Source: Candidatus Caldatribacterium sp. SIUC1 (GTDB lineage Bacteria; Atribacterota; Atribacteria; Atribacterales; Caldatribacteriaceae). From it: 32,000 bases of DNA. Every line of letters begins with the position of its first letter. Within the stretch, counting starts at the first letter, position 1. A program made the position numbers and the translations under genes. The notes under the pieces were generated by a model. That model saw only the letters and a program-made list of their open reading frames with translations, did not search any database and was not told the origin of the DNA. The stretch covers positions 1,253,491-1,285,490 of the forward strand of contig NZ_CP189974.1 in NCBI RefSeq assembly GCF_051549785.1, in the 5' to 3' direction. Shown piece after piece: positions 26,032-32,000 of this stretch.

Positions 26032-29000
26032 GGAAAAAGATTTTCTGGGGCAGTGTGGTAGTGCTTTTTTCCGCCTTTCTCCTCTGGGAAGGAGGAAGGT
26101 ATGGCCTTCGGCAGGCCCTTCGGGAACTCGAAGAAACCCATCGCATCGTTGTTCGTGTCGAGAACACTGTTCCTCTTTTTCTGGGGTTTGCCCTTCGGGG
26201 AGTTCGGGTCTCAGGTGAGGGGTTCGCTTTCCAGGCTCCGGAGGTTTCGGTCCGTTTGAGCTGGAGCCGGGGGATTTCTGCCGTTATTGAGGACGGTGAA
26301 TTCGCTTTTTCTTCGGGTTTACCATGGTCTGCCCTGGAGTCCCTTCCCCCTCTTTTTGTTGAGGTTCGCAAGGCTCGCCTTAGCGGGCAGAGTCTTCCTC
26401 CCTGGGATGGATGGCTGGAGAAAAATGGTACCGTGTTCCGTTTCGGGATTGCCGCGGGTGACCTTGAGGTGAGGGGAACCGTGGAGGGAGAAAGGGTGGT
26501 TTTTGAGGGGAAGTACCGTACTCTGCCCTTTTGGGGGTCTTTTGTTCCTGCGGAGGGTCGTTTCAAAGGGGAACTTGGCGAAGGTTCCCGAAGGCTTCAC
26601 CTTGAAGGTAGGCTCTTTCGAGGGGCTTGGGGGTGGGAACTGTCTCCCCTGCAAGTGGACCAAGGAGGACTTCTCTTTTCCGGCCGGCTCTTCCGGGGGG
26701 ATGACGGACGTTTTACGCTCTCGGGGAAAGTGCGTGTTCTGGAGGAGGATATCGACGTTTCCTTTCAGGGGAGGAATACCCAGACTTCTTTTGAAGGGAA
26801 CTTCGAGGGGAGAAGCGCAACCTCTACGCTTTCGGGTCGTTTCCGCGCCGATCTCTGGAACTCTTCCTTCGTTCTCGAGTTTGCTCCCCAGTCGGTGTGG
26901 CGGGGTATTCGTCTTTCGGGCCGTCTCGAAGGTTCGGTAGATGATGGTCTCCGTCTCAATTTCTGCGACCTCTTTGTGTCCCCTGAAGAGGGTTGTACCC
27001 TCTTTCCCGTGCGGGGAAGCGGCAGAATCCAGGGACAGGTGGCAAAGAGGGGGGAGCTGTGGCAAGGGGAGATTGCATTTTCGAGTTCCGAGATCTTCGT
27101 CGATCGTCTGAGGCTTCAAGAGGTGTCCGCACAGATTGCTCTGGATAAGGGACGGGTAACGTTTTCGGGAGCCGGGCACATGCTGGGGGGGAATCTTGAG
27201 CTTTCCGGAAGCTATGAGTCGGGGGTGATTCGGGCCTCGGGAAGGGTGCAGGGGATCACCCTTGAGGGCATTCTGGGACGGAGTGACGCTCCCCTTTCCG
27301 GAACCTTCTCGGGGAACCTTTTCTGTGCGGGGAAAGCGGGGGATTTTCGTCTTGTTCTCCGGCTCACCGATGGGTCTCTATCCTGGCAGGGCGTGGACCT
27401 CGGCAACATTGCGGGGGGGGAGGTTCTGCTTGAGGGGGAACGCGTAGAGGTCCGGAACCTCCTTGTAACCCGGGGTAACGGGAAACTCTCTGGCAATGTG
27501 ACGAGGGACGCTTCAGGCATTCGGGGGAAGGGGGAGTTTGAAGGGTATCCCCTTGAGGTTTCCTGGAAAGGGAAAATGATTGGGTTCACCCTCTGGGGTT
27601 CCGTGACCCTGGAGTGGGGGAAGGAACACTATCTTGGGCTTCGTCTTTCGTCGCCCTCGTGGTTTTTCGGAAGTCTTCAGGGTCGAGATCTTTCCCTCTC
27701 TGGCACCGTCAGGGAGAAAGAAATCACCCTGAACTGCCTGGCTCTACAGTGGGACGGAGGGTATTTCAATGCCCGGGGGAGAATGGTGCTTGACCAGGAA
27801 GTGGACCTTTCTGGAGAAATCGAAAACCTTCGTCTTCCGGACAACGATTTTCGGCTCAGCGGGATGATTCATAGGGCCCGTTTTGCTGCTTCTGGACCGT
27901 GGGAGAGGGTTTCCTGGAAGTTTGAAGGTGAAGGGTCGTCCCTCCGAATCCTGAATGAGCCCCTGGGGGAGCGCATTGTGCTGAAGTTCTCCGGAGTTCT
28001 TCCCCTTTCTTCGTTCCTTGGAGGGGAGGTTGCTCCTGCCGACATCCTGAACCCAGAGACGCTCAGCGAAGGGGCTATTATGGTGGAGAGGGCGAATCTT
28101 GCCCTTCTTGGGGGGAGCTTCCTTGCAAAGGCCATGGAGCCTGTGGATTTTTCTTTTGTGCTTGACCCTGGGAATCGCCTGTGGCATTTCCGTTCCGGTG
28201 AGGTTGTGTTCTCCTTCCCTCCTTACGGAAATTTTCGAGGAAAGGTAGCAGGGGTGTACGATGGTAGGTGTTTTGTGGTTGAGACGCTTGAGTTTTCCGG
28301 TTCCCAGGGTATACGTCTTTCCGGAAAGGGAACCGTGGACACCCTGGCAAAGACGTTGGACCTTCAGTGTTCCTTTGGAGGGGAACTTTCTTTCCCCTTT
28401 GAGGAGTTTGCGGTTGAGCTTGGAGGATCGGGAATGCTACACCTTTTTGGGGATTACGCATCGCCTGTTGCGGAGGGCTCGGTGACGCTTCAGCGGTTTC
28501 GGGTCCTTGCTGGTGGGAGAGAATACCTTTCCTTGCAAGGTCTTCAGGGGGATCTCGCAGGGGGGAAGTGGCGGTTTTCCGGGGGGAAGGGAACGTTCCT
28601 CGGGGGAGAGCTTGTGGTGAAGGGTGAGGTTTCCCGAGAGGGTCTCATCCTTCATGGAACGGTTCAGGGGGATGGGGCTTTCCCTGGGCTTGAAGGGATA
28701 TTCCAGGGGCGATGGAGTGGTGAACTCATGGTAACGGGGAAGGAGGGGCAGTACACCCTTGAGGGGGATCTCGTGGTGCGGGAAGCCGTCCTGGATACGC
28801 GGGGAGGGAAGACCGGCGGGTCTTCGTACCTTGATTCCTTGTCTCAGGTGGTGACGAAAATTCCTTTTCCTTTGAAACTTCGCCTCTCCTTTCAGGATAC
28901 TCTCACGGTAAAGACGGATTTCCTGCAGCTTACGCTCTCCGGGAGCGTGCTGATTCGTCGGGAAGGTGAAGGCCTGGTGCTCTCCGGACGCCTGGATGTC

Positions 29001-29552
29001 CTTCAGGGGATATATGACCTTATTGCCTGCAACATCCCTCTTGAGGGGTACATCGTGTTCACGGAACTTGACGGATGTACTCCAAGGCTTTGCCTCGAAG
29101 GCCGAAAGAGCCTTAGAGGGTATGACCTCAGCGTGCGTATTACCGGACCGCTTGATGGCTACGCAGTGGCCTTCTCTTCCGAGCCTCCCCTCTCACAGGA
29201 GGAAATCCTGTCCCTGCTGTTTCTGGGTGACAAGGATGCCTATGTTGCGCTCAACCGGGTGAACCTTGCGCCATTCTTCCTGAAGATTGCTCGATTCCTG
29301 CTTAAGGAGGACTTCTCTCTGAGCCTCAAACCGCTTTTTGACGGGATAACCTTCGATCCGGAGAATTTTTCCCGGATTACTTTCGAGAAAAAGCTTGGTA
29401 AGAACGTGGCTTTCGGGTATACTCAGAACTTGAGCAATGGAGGGTCGGCGGTTGAGATGAACATCGACTTTGGGAGAGAATGGTCCCTGAAGCTTGAGCG
29501 GGCTGAGAGCGGTGAAACGGAGTGGATGATTCAGTTTTCCACGAAGTTCTGA
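26019..29552 (+). CDS. TamB-like (DUF490/AsmA-like) translocation and assembly/lipid-transfer protein
   Basis: 1177 aa, single N-terminal TM, repetitive beta-rich body, C-terminal TamB domain 'VRITGPLDGYAVAFSSEPPLSQEEILSLLFLG...ENFSRITFEKKLGKNVAFGYTQNLSNGGSAVEMNIDFGREWSLKLERAESGETEWMIQFSTKF'. Confidence 0.9.
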   Translation: MGKLRKKIFWGSVVVLFSAFLLWEGGRYGLRQALRELEETHRIVVRVENTVPLFLGFALRGVRVSGEGFAFQAPEVSVRLSWSRGISAVIEDGEFAFSSGLPWSALESLPPLFVEVRKARLSGQSLPPWDGWLEKNGTVFRFGIAAGDLEVRGTVEGERVVFEGKYRTLPFWGSFVPAEGRFKGELGEGSRRLHLEGRLFRGAWGWELSPLQVDQGGLLFSGRLFRGDDGRFTLSGKVRVLEEDIDVSFQGRNTQTSFEGNFEGRSATSTLSGRFRADLWNSSFVLEFAPQSVWRGIRLSGRLEGSVDDGLRLNFCDLFVSPEEGCTLFPVRGSGRIQGQVAKRGELWQGEIAFSSSEIFVDRLRLQEVSAQIALDKGRVTFSGAGHMLGGNLELSGSYESGVIRASGRVQGITLEGILGRSDAPLSGTFSGNLFCAGKAGDFRLVLRLTDGSLSWQGVDLGNIAGGEVLLEGERVEVRNLLVTRGNGKLSGNVTRDASGIRGKGEFEGYPLEVSWKGKMIGFTLWGSVTLEWGKEHYLGLRLSSPSWFFGSLQGRDLSLSGTVREKEITLNCLALQWDGGYFNARGRMVLDQEVDLSGEIENLRLPDNDFRLSGMIHRARFAASGPWERVSWKFEGEGSSLRILNEPLGERIVLKFSGVLPLSSFLGGEVAPADILNPETLSEGAIMVERANLALLGGSFLAKAMEPVDFSFVLDPGNRLWHFRSGEVVFSFPPYGNFRGKVAGVYDGRCFVVETLEFSGSQGIRLSGKGTVDTLAKTLDLQCSFGGELSFPFEEFAVELGGSGMLHLFGDYASPVAEGSVTLQRFRVLAGGREYLSLQGLQGDLAGGKWRFSGGKGTFLGGELVVKGEVSREGLILHGTVQGDGAFPGLEGIFQGRWSGELMVTGKEGQYTLEGDLVVREAVLDTRGGKTGGSSYLDSLSQVVTKIPFPLKLRLSFQDTLTVKTDFLQLTLSGSVLIRREGEGLVLSGRLDVLQGIYDLIACNIPLEGYIVFTELDGCTPRLCLEGRKSLRGYDLSVRITGPLDGYAVAFSSEPPLSQEEILSLLFLGDKDAYVALNRVNLAPFFLKIARFLLKEDFSLSLKPLFDGITFDPENFSRITFEKKLGKNVAFGYTQNLSNGGSAVEMNIDFGREWSLKLERAESGETEWMIQFSTKF

Positions 29553-29569
29553 AAGGGGGAGAAGAGCCG

Positions 29570-31246
29570 GTGGCCGAACGGTCCTCTTGGTGGCTTGTCG
29601 TGATTGCCGTAGCAGTGGTGATTGTCTGTGGCTTTCAGGCTTTTGCCCAGGAAACTGTACTCCCTGTCGTTGCCGTGCGGGTAGAGGGAAATGAACACGT
29701 GCATACCCAGCTTATCCTTTCGGCCATTTCCCTGGGTCTTAAAGAGCCCTTCAATCCCCAGAAAGTTGAGCAGGACGTCAAGAGCATTTACGACCTCGGG
29801 TACTTTGCAAAGGTCTGGGTGGAAACAAAGCGTTATCCTGACGGTATCGAGGTCATTTACAGGGTCCAGGAGCTGCCGGTCATCCAGGCTATAGACATTC
29901 AGGGAAATACCGTGCTCTCCACGGAGGAGATCCGTCAGGCCATGATCGTTGCCCCCGGGCAGGTTATGAACTGGAAGATTTTTCAGCGGGATCTTGAGCG
30001 CATTAAGGCGTTGTACAGCAACAGGGGTTTCCTCATGACTGCGGCCGAGGACATCCGTTTCGATGCATCGGGTGTTCTCCATTTCACCATCCGGGAAGGT
30101 ATTGTGGAGCGGGTGGATTTTGAAGGTTTGCAGAAGACGAAGGAGTACGTCCTGCGACGGGAGCTGAAGTTCACCCCTCCTGTCGTTTTTGACTTTGCTA
30201 AAGTCAAAGAGAGCATGCGGGCCATCTATAACCTGGGGTTTTTTGAGGATATCAGCATGAAGCTCGAGCCGGGGAGCGATCGGGACCACGTGGTGGTCAA
30301 GGTGAAGGTTGTGGAAAAGCCCACGGGGGAAGCTGGAATCGGGGTGGGTTACAACAGCGAGAAGGGATGGCTGGGATTTGTCCGGTATCAGGAGTCCAAC
30401 TTTGGTGGAAATGCCCAGAAACTCGAACTTCGTTACGAATTTGGAGCTCGAACACTCTACCGTATCTCGTTTGAAGAGCCCTGGCTTTTTGGTGAACCCA
30501 TTTTCTTCGGGGTTGCCCTCTATGATAGGGTGGAGAAAAAGAAACACTGGGTGGAACAGGAGGTCGTCGGAGAGTACGAAGAAGAACGCCTCGGGGGCCA
30601 GGTTGCCCTTGGTGGTCGTTTCGGTGACGCATGGCACTGGCGCATTCAGTACAAGTCGGAGGACATCACCATCACGCCTCTTTCTGGAGAACCGCCTCAA
30701 GCGGATGGGAAAACGAATTCTCTTACACCGACCATCATCTATGACACTCGGGACGATGTTTTCAATCCCCACGAGGGGTGGTACTGCACACTTCAGATTG
30801 AGTTTGCGGGAGGATTCCTGGGAGGTGATTACGACTACACGAAGTATATCCTCGATGCCCGGAACTACATGAACACCGGAGAGAATTCGGTGCTGGCCCT
30901 GAGGATCCTTGGGGGCATTGCCGATCGAGAGCTCCCGAGTTTTGAGAAGTTCTCGGTGGGTGGGGTGAATACCCTTCGAGGGTATGACCTTTATGAGTTC
31001 CAGGGAGACAAAATGCTTGTGGCGAACCTTGAGTATCGCTTTGAGGTGGCTAAGAATACCCAGCTTGTGGTTTTTGGAGACGCCGGCTATGCCTGGGACC
31101 TTAAAGAGCCCATCGACCTTGGGGATGTGAAGATAGGCTACGGAGTTGGACTCCGTTTTGATACGCCTATTGGGCCGATTCGCCTTGATTACGGTATCGG
31201 TGAAACGGGAAGCCAAACCTATGTGAGCATTGGGCAAACGTTCTGA
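29570..31246 (+). CDS. bamA: Outer membrane protein assembly factor BamA-like (Omp85), with about 3 POTRA domains
   Basis: Signal peptide, POTRA-like repeats 'VVAVRVEGNEHV', 'VIQAIDIQGNTVLS', 'VERVDFEGLQKTKE', then barrel with 'RYRISFEEPWLFG' and 'DTPIGPIRLDYGIG'. GTG 29570 with AAAGGGGGAG SD preferred over track 29522. Confidence 0.9.
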   Translation: MAERSSWWLVVIAVAVVIVCGFQAFAQETVLPVVAVRVEGNEHVHTQLILSAISLGLKEPFNPQKVEQDVKSIYDLGYFAKVWVETKRYPDGIEVIYRVQELPVIQAIDIQGNTVLSTEEIRQAMIVAPGQVMNWKIFQRDLERIKALYSNRGFLMTAAEDIRFDASGVLHFTIREGIVERVDFEGLQKTKEYVLRRELKFTPPVVFDFAKVKESMRAIYNLGFFEDISMKLEPGSDRDHVVVKVKVVEKPTGEAGIGVGYNSEKGWLGFVRYQESNFGGNAQKLELRYEFGARTLYRISFEEPWLFGEPIFFGVALYDRVEKKKHWVEQEVVGEYEEERLGGQVALGGRFGDAWHWRIQYKSEDITITPLSGEPPQADGKTNSLTPTIIYDTRDDVFNPHEGWYCTLQIEFAGGFLGGDYDYTKYILDARNYMNTGENSVLALRILGGIADRELPSFEKFSVGGVNTLRGYDLYEFQGDKMLVANLEYRFEVAKNTQLVVFGDAGYAWDLKEPIDLGDVKIGYGVGLRFDTPIGPIRLDYGIGETGSQTYVSIGQTF

Positions 31247-31270
31247 ATGTTTCAGGGAAGGAGAGTGTCC

Positions 31271-31840
31271 ATGAGGAAGTTCGTCATCTCTACAATGGTT
31301 GGAATTCTTGTGGTCCTTCTGGGGAGCACACTGGTTTTGGCACAGACGCAGACCAAGAAACCTGCTCAGGGGCAGACGAGTTCTGCGTCATCCTCAGGAG
31401 CGGTGGCCATCGGGGTGGTGGACATCAACAAGATCTTCGACGCCCATCCTAATACGGCAAAGATTGCCGAACTTGAGAAAAAGATTGCCGAAGAGTTTCA
31501 GAAAAGGCAGCAGGAACTGAATGAAAAGGGAAAAGGAAAGACTCGTGAGGAAGTCCAGAAGCTTGAAGAAGAAATGAATGCTGCCTGGGCACCGGTGCGC
31601 GATGAAATGCTGAAAGAGCGCCAGGCACTCATTGAAGAGCGTTACGGCGATGTGATCAGTGCCATCCGGAAAGTGGCCGAATCCATGAAGCTCGCCCTGG
31701 TTATCCGCAGCGCCCTTCGCATTCCGGTCAACCAGAAAGAGGTCCTGGAAATGCCCCTTGTGCTCTACGGCGGTGTGGACATCACCGACCAGGTTATTCA
31801 GGAGCTTCAGAACATTGTGGCTGCGAAGGAGAAGAAGTGA
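31271..31840 (+). CDS. OmpH/Skp family periplasmic chaperone
   Basis: Signal peptide, 'AIGVVDINKIFDAHPNTAKIAELEKKIAEEFQKRQQELNEKGKGKTREEVQKLEEEMNAAW' coiled tentacle region; SD GGAAGGAG before ATG 31271. Confidence 0.88.
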   Translation: MRKFVISTMVGILVVLLGSTLVLAQTQTKKPAQGQTSSASSSGAVAIGVVDINKIFDAHPNTAKIAELEKKIAEEFQKRQQELNEKGKGKTREEVQKLEEEMNAAWAPVRDEMLKERQALIEERYGDVISAIRKVAESMKLALVIRSALRIPVNQKEVLEMPLVLYGGVDITDQVIQELQNIVAAKEKK

Positions 31841-32000
31841 GCTTTTTCCGTCTTGGTGAGCTGGCAGGAATCATTGGGGGTCACCTTTTTGGTGACCCTG
31901 ATTTTGTCGTCAGGGGCGTTCAGGAGCCTCAGAGAGCTGAAGAAGAGGACTTGATTTTCCTCTTCGATGCCCGTGCTCTTCCTGAGGTGCTCTCGTCCCG
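31837..32000 (+). CDS. lpxD: UDP-3-O-acylglucosamine N-acyltransferase LpxD (3' partial)
   Basis: Hand translation VSFFRLGELAGIIGGHLFGDPDFVVRGVQEPQRAEEEDLIFLFDARALPEVLSS matches the LpxD N-terminal domain; GTGA overlap with the skp stop. Confidence 0.8.
   Translation, partial: MSFFRLGELAGIIGGHLFGDPDFVVRGVQEPQRAEEEDLIFLFDARALPEVLSS

Noticed and set aside
29531-31237. 568-aa minus-strand ORF
   Set aside because: Fully antisense to bamA, whose product has clear family motifs. Long shadow ORFs are expected in GC-rich sequence with this codon usage.
1-32000. Search for tRNA, rRNA, CRISPR, transposases, toxin-antitoxin or restriction/defence genes
   Set aside because: Nothing recognisable on reading either strand; the window looks like core chromosome rather than a mobile or defence island. 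A full Infernal/tRNAscan search was not possible.

Overview
The window is a compact, GC-rich, mostly plus-strand bacterial chromosomal segment. The genes are housekeeping and envelope genes, many overlapping by 1-4 bp. I saw no rRNA, tRNA, CRISPR array, transposase or prophage signature. BamA, TamB, Skp/OmpH and LpxD homologues together indicate a diderm. The DUF951-YchF pair is a Firmicutes-like arrangement. An anaerobic thermophile-like lineage such as Atribacterota is a guess from gene content, not something I can prove from sequence alone. Main content: C-terminus of an Ig-like surface protein; NCS2/AzgA-like permease; ornithine/diaminopimelate-type decarboxylase; a two-gene SufC/SufB-D (SMS-like) Fe-S system; a stand-alone Lrp/AsnC ligand-binding domain; a LexA-like protein; YjbQ; Fe-ADH; cupin; PflX-like radical SAM; DUF2148 ferredoxin-domain protein; membrane-anchored hypothetical protein; a long coiled-coil-LysM protein; nitroreductase; DUF951; YchF; B12-binding-type radical SAM on the minus strand; malic enzyme; fumarase alpha and beta; SDH-fold proteinase; topoisomerase III; MurA; MreB; SpoIVB/S55-type protein; TamB; BamA; Skp; LpxD (partial). 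I did not find a convincing new multi-gene defence or mobile system. The best leads are: (1) a LexA-like repressor that appears to have lost the cleavage site and both catalytic dyad residues; (2) a 53-aa transmembrane ORF missing from the supplied track, placed just before a promoter and an 831-aa coiled-coil-LysM protein; (3) a 77-aa minus-strand membrane ORF with a -10 box, Shine-Dalgarno and an intervening hairpin; (4) a minimal two-gene SUF-like system; (5) an S55 peptidase embedded in an outer-membrane biogenesis cluster; (6) several promoter calls that force start-codon revisions, including a shared 13-mer extended -10.
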